Source: Acidimicrobiia bacterium
Lineage (GTDB): Bacteria > Actinomycetota > Acidimicrobiia > Spongiisociales > Spongiisociaceae
DNA length: 64,000 bases
Direction of reading: 5' to 3'
NCBI GenBank assembly: GCA_965231815.1
Contig: OZ246890.1
Location: forward strand, 2,577,388 to 2,641,387
A program made the translations under genes and the position numbers. Positions 36,296 to 45,288 of the stretch are shown here, piece by piece. Under the pieces are notes generated by a model. The model made no database searches, was not told the origin of the DNA, and was given only the letters and a program-made list of their open reading frames with translations. The first letter of the stretch is position 1. Every line of letters begins with the position of its first letter.

Positions 36296-38572
36296 ATGAG
36301 AACCGCGATGAAAAGCGCCAACACCCGCCCACGAGGTGCATGCGGGAATCAGGTCACCGAGCCGAGTCTCCCCGAGGAAGGGTTCCAAGGGATGATCGGA
36401 CGGGATTTCAGAGACTCCACGCCGTGGTGGCCTCCGATGAGGAACGACGCCCGTGGGAAGCCCGATGTAGTGCTGGTAGTCCTTGATGATGTGGGTTTCG
36501 GAGGACTGGGTTGTTACGGAGCGGAGGTCGAGACACCGGTCATGGATGCGCTGGCGGGCCGTGGCCTGCGGTTTAACGACTTCAACGTCACCCCTCTGTG
36601 TTCCCCTACGCGGGCGTGTGTGCTCACCGGTCGTAACCATCACAGCGTAGGCATGGCATACCTTTCGAATGTGGATTCCGGGTTCCCCGGGCATCGAGGC
36701 CGGGTAACGAGGTCGGCAGGCACCATCGCCGAAGTCCTGCAAGGCGCCGGTTACGCAACGATGGCGATCGGTAAATGGCATTTAGCGCCTCTAGAGGAAA
36801 CTACCGCCGCCGGATCTTACGATGAGTGGCCACTGGGCCGAGGGTTCGGGCGCTACTACGGTTTCCTGGACGCTCTCACCGATCACTTCTATCCCGACGT
36901 TGTGGAGGACAACCATCGGGTGGACCCGCCCGCCGCACCGGAGGAAGGCTACCACCTCACCGAAGATCTGGTCGACCATGCCATCTCCTACATAAGCGAC
37001 CAGGTTTCGGTCAAGCCCGAGCAACCCTTCTTCCTCTACACGGCCTTCGGAACAGCCCACTGCCCGCACCAAGCCCCCCAGGAGTATCTGGACAAGTATC
37101 GGGGGTGTTACGACGAGGGTTGGGATGTGATCCGGGAGCGTCGGTTTGCGAGGCAGAAGCAACTCGGCATCGTCCCCGAGGACGCGGTGCTGGCGCCCCT
37201 TAACCCGGGGGTTGAGCGGTGGGACAACCTGACTACCGACCAGCAGAAGCTATTCGCCCGGTTCCAGGAAGCCTACGCCGCCATGCTGGATCACACCGAC
37301 GCTCAGTTGGGAAGGTTGGTGGAGTTTCTCGACTCCATCGGAAGGCTCGATAACACGATATTCGTGGTGCTTTCCGACAACGGCGCCAGCCAGGAGGGTG
37401 GCCCGGACGGGGGCGCCGACATCGTCACATACGAGGAGGATCGGTTCTGTAGCGTCGAGTTCAACCTGGAACGGTACGACAGCATCGGCGGCCCCCACTC
37501 CCAGACCAATATTCCTTGGGGATGGGCTCAGGCTGCCAATACACCGCTGCGCTGGTACAAGCAGAACACCTACGCCGGAGGGGTTCGAACCCCGTTGATA
37601 GTTTCCTGGCCGCAGGGCCTACCGGACAGCGGGGGAGTGCGGACCCAGTTCGTACACGCTATCGATATAGCGCCGACCCTTTTGGATCTGGTGGATGTGC
37701 AACCCCGGCCTTCCTACCGTGGGGTAACCCAGATGCCTTTCCATGGGGCCAGCCTGCGCCGGGTGATGGACGACTCGGACTCTCGAGGCCCTCGTGGTCG
37801 GCAATACTTCGAGATGATCGGTCACCGGGCTATGTGGAATCAGGGATGGAAGGCGCTTACTCGTCATCGACGTAATGAGCCCTTCGACGACGACCCCTGG
37901 GAGCTATACCACATCGACTCCGATTTCTCGGAATGCAACGACGTGGCGGGTTCATACCCGGAGAAACTGGCCGACCTGGTGGATCAATGGACGGAGGAAG
38001 CTTCTCGTTACTCCGTATATCCCCTGGACGACCGTTATCTGGCGGTGCGGGCTTCGACCTTCCAGACACCGGGGTCACCCAGAGCGAGGAATACCTTCTC
38101 CTACCTTCCGGGGTCGAGCCGTGTACCCGGCGCCGCCAGCCCCCTGGTGTTCAATCGGGACTTCACCATCACCGTCCGAACGGCGCCGCTACACCCGTCC
38201 GATGAGGGTGTGCTGGTAGCGGTCGGGGATGTGAGCGGCGGCTACGTGTTGTTCATATCGGAACGTCGGTTGGTCTTCGAGTACTACTACCTGGGCGACC
38301 GCCAGAAGCTGGCATCGGCCGGTCCGGTTCCTCTCGGGGCCACCGAACTGTCGTTCCGCTTCGAGAGAACCGCGGATTACGAGGGTGTTGGTCAGTTGGA
38401 AGCCGACGGGCGATTGCTATGTCAAAAGGAAATGTCCGGAATGGCCAGGGGGATGTTGTCATGGGGTTCCCTCAGCGTCGGCGCGGACACGCTCTCGCCG
38501 GTCAGTGACTCCTATCGAGGAGAGTTTTCCTTCACCGGCGGTTTGAAACGAGTCGACTACCAACTCGGGTGA
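36296..38572 (+). CDS. arylsulfatase (Cys-type sulfatase family)
   Basis: CSPTRACVLTGR sulfatase signature (C-x-P-x-R) and GKWHLAP motif; start uncertain (ATG 36296 or 36395), the ORF-track start overlaps the upstream gene. Confidence 0.85.
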   Translation: MRTAMKSANTRPRGACGNQVTEPSLPEEGFQGMIGRDFRDSTPWWPPMRNDARGKPDVVLVVLDDVGFGGLGCYGAEVETPVMDALAGRGLRFNDFNVTPLCSPTRACVLTGRNHHSVGMAYLSNVDSGFPGHRGRVTRSAGTIAEVLQGAGYATMAIGKWHLAPLEETTAAGSYDEWPLGRGFGRYYGFLDALTDHFYPDVVEDNHRVDPPAAPEEGYHLTEDLVDHAISYISDQVSVKPEQPFFLYTAFGTAHCPHQAPQEYLDKYRGCYDEGWDVIRERRFARQKQLGIVPEDAVLAPLNPGVERWDNLTTDQQKLFARFQEAYAAMLDHTDAQLGRLVEFLDSIGRLDNTIFVVLSDNGASQEGGPDGGADIVTYEEDRFCSVEFNLERYDSIGGPHSQTNIPWGWAQAANTPLRWYKQNTYAGGVRTPLIVSWPQGLPDSGGVRTQFVHAIDIAPTLLDLVDVQPRPSYRGVTQMPFHGASLRRVMDDSDSRGPRGRQYFEMIGHRAMWNQGWKALTRHRRNEPFDDDPWELYHIDSDFSECNDVAGSYPEKLADLVDQWTEEASRYSVYPLDDRYLAVRASTFQTPGSPRARNTFSYLPGSSRVPGAASPLVFNRDFTITVRTAPLHPSDEGVLVAVGDVSGGYVLFISERRLVFEYYYLGDRQKLASAGPVPLGATELSFRFERTADYEGVGQLEADGRLLCQKEMSGMARGMLSWGSLSVGADTLSPVSDSYRGEFSFTGGLKRVDYQLG

Positions 38573-38749
38573 GTGGGCGACAGAGGTCCACCATGAGGGT
38601 TATCGGGCCTGACCTCCTCGTCAACGGGCGTCGGATCAAGAATCAAAACGGCGGAGGTCGGTCAGAGCGACCGGGTCATGGCCCGAGCAGAATCGATGCC
38701 GAGCGAGCCTCCGCGGCGGCCGGTGAGTAGTTGTTCTATAATCGCACAT

Positions 38750-39853
38750 ATGGTTATGGAATTCGATGAGTTAGGACGCAGGATTGCCGATGCACGGCGT
38801 GACTCGGGGCTGACCCAGCAGGCTTGTGCCTCGTTGGCGCAGTTGAGGCGTGATTCTTTGGCAAAGATCGAAACCGGAACGCGGCGAGTGAGCGCTCTGG
38901 AGTTGGCAAGGTTGGCGGCCGCGCTCGACATGCGCATATCGTGGTTCTTCGAGGACCCTCCTCCCGCGGTGGTTTCACGGCGTGGTGCCGCCGAGCCCGG
39001 TACGCCCCTCCAATCCATCGATCGATACGTGGAGTTGCTTACCCGCGAGACCATGTTCCTCCGTACCATCGTTGAGAGCTTTGATCTACCGGCCAGTCCT
39101 GACCTGCCTGCTCCGACCGGACCGGAAGAGGCCGAGAGACTGGCGACTGACGTTCGGCATCGGCTTGGATATCAGCATGACCAACCGGCCATCGACCTAG
39201 TAGAAAAAGCACCGGCAATCGGTCTACTCATTTTTTCGCTGGCTTGCGGCCCTGGATCCGCCGACGGAGCGTCCATTCTGCTCGACCGTGGTGGAGTGGC
39301 GGTTGTGAATGGCGATCGTCATCTGGGCCGCCGACGACTTACAGCTGCGCACGAGATCGGTCACTTCATTGTCGCTGACGAGTATTCGACCGACTGGGAT
39401 GTAACGGCCGATTCGCGGCTGCGCACGGAAGCTCTGATCGACCACTTTGCAAGGGCGCTTCTCCTACCCGCCGAGGCTGTGCGTTCCCGCTGGCACGGTG
39501 GCGCAGATACGCGAGAAGATGCAGTGCTAATAGGCGCTGAATTCAGGGTTGACATGTCAACCCTGGCAAGGCGACTCACTGAGCTCGAACTCGCATCCCC
39601 CGACGAAACAGCCGAAGTGCGCGCCACGGTCACTCGCAGTGCCGACATCGTGGAATACAACCTCTTCGTGCCCAGGGAACTAGAGCCACCTGGCCTGCCG
39701 AGACCGTACGTGAAGGCTGTGCTCGATGCATATCGCGGTCGAGAGGTATCGGGTGCCCGCGCTCTTTCGTTCTTGCTCGACACCTGGGTTGAGGAAGACC
39801 TCCCTGAGTTGCCGATGCTTCCGGCCGAGGCGATCTGGTCGTTCGTGTCTTGA
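38750..39853 (+). CDS. XRE-family HTH domain fused to ImmA/IrrE-family (DUF955) zinc metallopeptidase
   Basis: N-terminal HTH (GLTQQACASLAQLRRDSLAKIETG), AHEIGHFI HExxH zinc-binding motif mid-protein. Confidence 0.75.
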   Translation: MVMEFDELGRRIADARRDSGLTQQACASLAQLRRDSLAKIETGTRRVSALELARLAAALDMRISWFFEDPPPAVVSRRGAAEPGTPLQSIDRYVELLTRETMFLRTIVESFDLPASPDLPAPTGPEEAERLATDVRHRLGYQHDQPAIDLVEKAPAIGLLIFSLACGPGSADGASILLDRGGVAVVNGDRHLGRRRLTAAHEIGHFIVADEYSTDWDVTADSRLRTEALIDHFARALLLPAEAVRSRWHGGADTREDAVLIGAEFRVDMSTLARRLTELELASPDETAEVRATVTRSADIVEYNLFVPRELEPPGLPRPYVKAVLDAYRGREVSGARALSFLLDTWVEEDLPELPMLPAEAIWSFVS

Positions 39854-39863
39854 CCATGTTGCG

Positions 39864-40394
39864 ATGGATACACTGGTCTTCGACACCGGTCCTCTGAGCC
39901 ATTTCGCCCGGGCTGACCTACTCGGGGTTCTCAAGCTTGTGGTCGGTAAACGCCGGGCGATCATGCCCCAAGCCGTAGAAGACGAACTGAAGGAAGGCTT
40001 GTATATTCACTCGCGGATCCAGGTTGCACTCCGCGCAGACTGGATTGAGCGGCGTGCGATAACTACCGCTCTCGAGAGGAAAGCATTCGCTATGTTTTCT
40101 AGGCGTTTGGTGTCAGGTGACAGGAATGTGGGTGACGCTGCTGTCTTGGCCCTTGCCAGGACTACACCTGCACGAGCGGTGATCGACGACTGGGAGGCGT
40201 GTGACATTGCAGTCAAGGAACGAGTTAGCATTTGCCGCACACTGAACCTGCTCAGCGAAGCCGTCCACGGAGGACTCTTAACCCTAGAGTTTGTCAGCGA
40301 TATCGCAGACGAACTCATCCAGACCGAATATCGCCTACCCTTTAAACCCGGTGAGTTCAAGACATGGGCGGCCCGTGAGAACCTTTTTCCGTAG
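39864..40394 (+). CDS. PIN-like domain protein (DUF4411-like partner of ImmA/IrrE peptidases)
   Basis: MDTLVFDTGPLSHF… N-terminal PIN-like acidic strand, 176 aa, starts 11 nt after the peptidase stop. Confidence 0.5.
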   Translation: MDTLVFDTGPLSHFARADLLGVLKLVVGKRRAIMPQAVEDELKEGLYIHSRIQVALRADWIERRAITTALERKAFAMFSRRLVSGDRNVGDAAVLALARTTPARAVIDDWEACDIAVKERVSICRTLNLLSEAVHGGLLTLEFVSDIADELIQTEYRLPFKPGEFKTWAARENLFP

Positions 40395-40451
40395 CCGGAG
40401 GTCGTCGGGCGCCTGTTGTGGTCCGGCCCCTTGATCGACACGCCAGTTCCG

Positions 40452-41651
40452 ATGAGTGACGACGCTCTGGTGGTCGGAGTCGGAATGACCCCGTTTTCGG
40501 GTTTCCGGGAGGATGCCACCGTACGGGAAATGGTGGCTGAAGCGGTCCGCGCAGCACTCAAAGACGCAGGAACCTCGGCTGCTCCGGTTGAGATGGGAGT
40601 AGCGGCCTACGAAAGCGACCACTTCAATCGACAGATGAGCTTAGGCCACATACTCCAGGAAGTGGTTGGTCTGGCGGGTAAACCCACCGTTCGGGTGGAG
40701 GGCGGAGGCGCTACCGGAGCGCTGGCGATCCGCACCGCGGTGATGGCGATCCGTTCGGGCGCCGCCCGTTCGGTGCTGGTGTTCGGTGGGGAGACGAACG
40801 GCAAGTCGGTCGATCGGGCTACCGCCACCGAGATCCTGGCCATGTCCGCTGACTTTGAATGGGAAACGCCGGTGTTCGGGACCTTCGCCGCTCCCTACGC
40901 CCTGATGATCACCGAACACATGCGACGTTACGGAACCACTGCCGAGCAGTTTGCGGAAATCGCGGTCAAGAATCGACGACTCGCGCTCGACAACCCCTCG
41001 GCTCACAAAGGCATGTCGATCACCGTGGAGGAGGTCCGCAACTCCATGCCGATCTCCGAACCGTATCGGCTCTATGACTCGAGCCTCCTGAGCGACGGAG
41101 CAGGCGCCGTACTGATTGCCACTCGTGAATGGGTCGAGCGCCACTCTTCCACCTTCTCCGATCGTCCCCCGGTGGGGTTGATCGGAACGGGATGTTCCAC
41201 CGACCATCCCCGCCTCTCTGACCGTCCGGATGAAACGTTCCCCCATTTCGCCGCCAAACGTAGAGCAGCCGATGACGCTTACCGCGAGTCGGGTATTTCC
41301 GATCCTCCCCACGAAATCGACCTAGCCGAGATCTATGACTCGTTTAGCGGCGCTGAACTGCAAGCTTACGAGGACTTGGGATTATGCCCGGTCGGCCAAG
41401 GTGGAATCGCCGCGGCCGACGGACGATTCGATCTCGAAGGCAGGGTGCCTGTGAACACCTCGGGTGGTCTGCTCGGTCGTGGATCGGCGGTGGGAGCGAC
41501 CGGAATCGCCCAGGCGGTGGAGATCGTCAGCCAGCTAAGGGGAGAGGTGAAGGGGGACCGGTGTGTCAGAAACGCCCGCATCGGAATTACCGACACCCAT
41601 GCCGGTCTCGGCGCCCTCAGCGTGGTGAACGTGTTCGGTAGGATGACGTGA
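40452..41651 (+). CDS. thiolase-like protein (SCP-x type / acetyl-CoA acetyltransferase family)
   Basis: VVGVGMTPF, GGATGALAIRTAVMAIRSGAA… thiolase N- and C-terminal domains; GG…NTSGG motif. Confidence 0.8.
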   Translation: MSDDALVVGVGMTPFSGFREDATVREMVAEAVRAALKDAGTSAAPVEMGVAAYESDHFNRQMSLGHILQEVVGLAGKPTVRVEGGGATGALAIRTAVMAIRSGAARSVLVFGGETNGKSVDRATATEILAMSADFEWETPVFGTFAAPYALMITEHMRRYGTTAEQFAEIAVKNRRLALDNPSAHKGMSITVEEVRNSMPISEPYRLYDSSLLSDGAGAVLIATREWVERHSSTFSDRPPVGLIGTGCSTDHPRLSDRPDETFPHFAAKRRAADDAYRESGISDPPHEIDLAEIYDSFSGAELQAYEDLGLCPVGQGGIAAADGRFDLEGRVPVNTSGGLLGRGSAVGATGIAQAVEIVSQLRGEVKGDRCVRNARIGITDTHAGLGALSVVNVFGRMT

Positions 41652-42096
41652 AATACCGGAGCGCGACAGTGGCCCGGTCGGGATCGTCGACTCGGATAGG
41701 CGGGTTTTGCGGGTTGGCTGCTAGCAGCTATCGCAACCGGGCCGGGTCGCGAAAACCGCCCTTTCAGATCCCTGCATCGGGCCCACCCCCGCCACCACCT
41801 TTCCTGGGATCGGGCCGCGTCGAACCTGGCTTCCTTAAGGTTGCTACGGCCCTGCCATGTGTTCCCCGTGGCGGTCGCGCCGACGTCGATCATCACGACC
41901 GCACAGGTGCTTGCTATTACTCACTATGGGCCACCGGTGTGACATATTCAACCCTTCGTTCCTGGATTATATTCGCGACCTTGAGGTCGCTGAAGGTCCG
42001 CGTCTCGGACGGTGATCGGAGATATCGGTGCGGGTAGCGGAGGTCGAGTGGAGCGAGGATTCTTCCGGGCGGCCTCGCCGCCTGCTGCACATAGAG

Positions 42097-42582
42097 ATGT
42101 CACAACGGTACCGTCATACGGTAGGGTTCTCCGAGACGTTCTTCCGGGGCCTTGACGAGGGCGTCCTGAAGGCAACCCGATGCGGTGGATGCGAGGGGTC
42201 CTGGTTCCCGCCCCGGCGCTTTTGTGACATCGACTTGGAGGAGACCGGTTGGTATGACCTCCCCGGTACAGGTACCGTCAGAGCCGCTACCAGAGTTCAC
42301 GTACCGCCGCCGTTCGGAGGTATCGAAGTACCCTATATCCTTGCCTCTATATCACTTGACGGAGTCGACGGGGGTGTGACCCACCGGGTGTTAGGCGAGG
42401 TGATACCCCCGCAAGACACGCCGGTACAGGCGGTGTTCATGGATGAATCACCGGCCCATCCACTGCTGGGGCTGGCTTTTGCCGTAGTTAACCCTGATTA
42501 TTCAGGCTTCCCACACACCGGGGCATGTAATGCCAGTTCAACCCGAGTATTGGGAGAAACCCGCCGTTCACCCGGCAGGTGA
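42097..42582 (+). CDS. DUF35-type Zn-ribbon/OB-fold protein (thiolase partner)
   Basis: FFRGLDEGVLKATRCGGCEGSWFPPRRFC rubredoxin-like zinc ribbon followed by an OB-fold region; start codon uncertain. Confidence 0.55.
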   Translation: MSQRYRHTVGFSETFFRGLDEGVLKATRCGGCEGSWFPPRRFCDIDLEETGWYDLPGTGTVRAATRVHVPPPFGGIEVPYILASISLDGVDGGVTHRVLGEVIPPQDTPVQAVFMDESPAHPLLGLAFAVVNPDYSGFPHTGACNASSTRVLGETRRSPGR

Positions 42583-42665
42583 ATCTCTATACCGGGCCGG
42601 GATGGGAAACGCCGATAGCTGTATTCCCTGGTCAGGGTACGAGTATGGTCTACTACGCTCATCCT

Positions 42666-42700
42666 CCAAACCCCCGTCCATGAATAATCGGGGTTAAGGA
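42666..42700. repeat. conserved-loop hairpin element (AACCCCCGTCCATGAATAATCGGGGTT) ending in the RBS of the next gene
   Basis: Matches 24806-24835 and the reverse complement of 15245-15270; TAAGGAG immediately precedes ATG 42707. Confidence 0.5.
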
Positions 42701-42706
42701 GTAGGT

Positions 42707-43549
42707 ATGAACCGACCGGTCGGAATTGAAATCTTCTACTGGCTGGACAATTGGTCCGACGATCAGTCATCGGTATTCTCGAAAGCGGCTGATTTCGGAT
42801 ATGACGGGGTGGAGATCTCGCTGGTGGCCGGGCTGGATGTCGGGGTGGAACGGATGGCTGACATCGCCGGCTCGCTCGGCCTAGAAGTGCTTTGCAGCAC
42901 CGGGCTCAGCCCGACCATGGATATCTCCAGCCCCGACGCGGCGATCCGCGCCGCGGGGGCCGAGCATTTGCGGAAATGCCTCGACCAGGCCGCTGTGTTA
43001 GGCAGTCCCATCCTCGGAGGAGTTACCTACGCTCCTTGGATGGGTTTTCCCGAGGGCGACCTTGATGCCTACCGCCGCCGGTCGGCGTCCGCCCTGCATG
43101 AGGTCGCCGTATATGCCGCAACCCTTGGCATCGATATCTGCCTCGAAGTGCTCAACCGGTTCGAGACCTTCATGTTCAACACGGTCGCCGACTGCCTGCG
43201 GTTCATCAAGATGGTGGACCACCCGTCGGTCAAAGTGGAACTCGACACCTTCCACATGAACATGGAAGAGGATGACCTTGCCGAGGCTGTCCGGCTCGCC
43301 TCCGGCAAAATAGGACATGTCCAGGTTGCGGCCAACAACCGCCGCGCTCCCCAATACGGACATATCGACTGGTCCGCCTTCAGGAAAGCCCTTGACGATG
43401 TGGGATACGACGGATGGGTGGTGTTCGAGACCTTTCCCAACTCGGAAGTCGAAACCGGCCGAGCCACCTACGCGTGGCGTAATCTCACCGACGATCCGGA
43501 TCAGGACGCAGCCGATGCCGCCCGATTCATCAGGGAGAACCTGGCATGA
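42707..43549 (+). CDS. sugar phosphate isomerase/epimerase (xylose-isomerase-like TIM barrel; ketose 3-epimerase-like)
   Basis: 280 aa; EIS…EVLNRFET…H…E metal-ligand pattern of AP-endonuclease 2/TIM barrel epimerases. Confidence 0.8.
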   Translation: MNRPVGIEIFYWLDNWSDDQSSVFSKAADFGYDGVEISLVAGLDVGVERMADIAGSLGLEVLCSTGLSPTMDISSPDAAIRAAGAEHLRKCLDQAAVLGSPILGGVTYAPWMGFPEGDLDAYRRRSASALHEVAVYAATLGIDICLEVLNRFETFMFNTVADCLRFIKMVDHPSVKVELDTFHMNMEEDDLAEAVRLASGKIGHVQVAANNRRAPQYGHIDWSAFRKALDDVGYDGWVVFETFPNSEVETGRATYAWRNLTDDPDQDAADAARFIRENLA

Positions 43550-44562
43550 AGGTCCGTACCCGCCATTTTCTCAACCGATCCGACCGGGCTGTTCAAGAGA
43601 TGCTGGAAGGCTACACCGCCGCTCATTCCGACATAATCCGCCTGACCGACGGTCTGGTGGTGAGGACCAGCCCGAAGCCGAGAGGAAGCGTAGGGGTGGT
43701 AATCGGAAACGGATCCGGGCATGAACCGGCCATGATCGGATGGGTGGGGGAAGGATTATTCGATGTAAACGTTCCCGGACCGATCTTTTCGTCGCCCGGA
43801 CCTTCCTCCATCCTGGCAGGCATCAAGGCCGCTGATCATCGAGGTGGGGTACTGCTCCTCGTGTCCAGCCATGCCGGAGACATCATGAACGCCGAGCTAG
43901 CCATCCTAGAAGCCGAGGATGAGGGAATTGAAGAGGTGGAGATGGTGGTGCTCTACGACGATGTGGCCTCGGCGCCCAAGGACCGGATCGAGGAGCGGCG
44001 CGGAGGGGCAGGCCTGTTCTTCGTATGGAAGACGGTGGGCGCGGCCGCCGAAGGTGGGGAAACGCTGGATAGCTGTGCTCGAATAGCCCGCAAGACTCGT
44101 GACAGAACTCGATCCCTTTCCGCAGCGCTCGGCGCCGTTGCCCATCCCACGAGTCGGCAGATATTGGGAGACCCGTCGGACCCGACCGTGGCGGTCGGGA
44201 TGGGAGTGCACGGGGAACCCGGTCACAGGTTGGGGGAGGACATCGGCGCCGACGAGATCTCAGAGTTGATGATTAACCGACTGCTAGACGACGCCGGCCT
44301 CGTTTCCGGCGACGAGGTAGGCCTGCTGCTGAACAATTCCGGATCACTGACGCTCATGGAGTTGTCGATCCTCTATCGGGGAGCTCGCGCCACGCTCGAA
44401 CGGCGAGGGATCGAGACCGTTCGCTCCTGGATCGGTTCGTATGCCACCACTCTCGATATGGCCGGGTTCGCTTTCGCCATCTGCCATATGGACGAAGAGT
44501 TGCTCCATCTCTATGACTTTCCCGCCACTGCCGCCGCGTTCACGATGCAGAGTGCGTGGTAA
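43546..44562 (+). CDS. dhaK: dihydroxyacetone kinase subunit DhaK (Dak1 domain)
   Basis: GNGSGHEPAMIGWVGEGL…FSSPGP substrate-binding motifs; ATGA overlap with the epimerase gene. Confidence 0.85.
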   Translation: MKVRTRHFLNRSDRAVQEMLEGYTAAHSDIIRLTDGLVVRTSPKPRGSVGVVIGNGSGHEPAMIGWVGEGLFDVNVPGPIFSSPGPSSILAGIKAADHRGGVLLLVSSHAGDIMNAELAILEAEDEGIEEVEMVVLYDDVASAPKDRIEERRGGAGLFFVWKTVGAAAEGGETLDSCARIARKTRDRTRSLSAALGAVAHPTSRQILGDPSDPTVAVGMGVHGEPGHRLGEDIGADEISELMINRLLDDAGLVSGDEVGLLLNNSGSLTLMELSILYRGARATLERRGIETVRSWIGSYATTLDMAGFAFAICHMDEELLHLYDFPATAAAFTMQSAW

Positions 44563-44567
44563 ACGGG

Positions 44568-45206
44568 ATGTTCGATCGCAACATGGCGCACCGGATGATT
44601 GCCGCCGCCACTCGACGGGTCACACGGCTCCAGGACGAGCTGTCCCGACTTGATTCGGTAGCGGGAGACGGAGACCACGGCGTCAACATGGCCACCGCTC
44701 TGGTGGAAGCCGCCCGACGTGGCGAGCAGCACCGTCATCAGACCGCGGGCGACGTGTTCCGCATCGCCGGAAAGGCTTTCCACGACACGGTGGGGGGAGC
44801 GGCCGGCGCCTTGTTCGGCTCATTTTTTGGTGTACTCGGCGCCCGGTTGAATCGGGTCGAGGCACCCGACGCCGCCGACTTCGTGCTTGGCGTTCAGGAC
44901 GGACTCGCCAGGGTGATGCGCATCGGCAGATCCGGGCCGGGGCAGAAGACCATGGTCGACGCCTTAGCACCCGCTACAGACAGGGCGGTGGAATCACTTG
45001 AAGCAGGCGCTGATCTGGCGGGGGTTGTGGTAGCGGCTGCGCAGGGGGCCCGGGAGGGGGCCGCTTCCACGGCTGCGATGCGCCCCGCCGCGGGACGTGC
45101 TCGATACGCTCCGGACGCAGGCGTCGGGTTCGAGGATCCGGGAGCATGCACCGTAGCCCTCATGTTCGAAGCCTGGGCTGACGAAGTCGCCGAATCATCA
45201 GCCTGA
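44568..45206 (+). CDS. dhaL: dihydroxyacetone kinase subunit DhaL (Dak2 domain)
   Basis: DGDHGVNM motif (DGDtGxNM), ~210 aa; GTG at 44556 is an alternative start. Confidence 0.8.
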   Translation: MFDRNMAHRMIAAATRRVTRLQDELSRLDSVAGDGDHGVNMATALVEAARRGEQHRHQTAGDVFRIAGKAFHDTVGGAAGALFGSFFGVLGARLNRVEAPDAADFVLGVQDGLARVMRIGRSGPGQKTMVDALAPATDRAVESLEAGADLAGVVVAAAQGAREGAASTAAMRPAAGRARYAPDAGVGFEDPGACTVALMFEAWADEVAESSA

Positions 45207-45288
45207 GTAGGAGATAAGACCTCAGCAGCTAGGTACGGCGTAAATAGCCTGAGACTTCGTGTCACACCATGTCTGTAAGCTGGAATAT

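Noticed and set aside
41648-42037. 129-aa ORF between the thiolase and the DUF35 gene
   Set aside because: No homology-like motifs, overlaps the probable DUF35 N-terminal extension, Ala/Arg/Gly-rich composition. More likely noncoding spacer.
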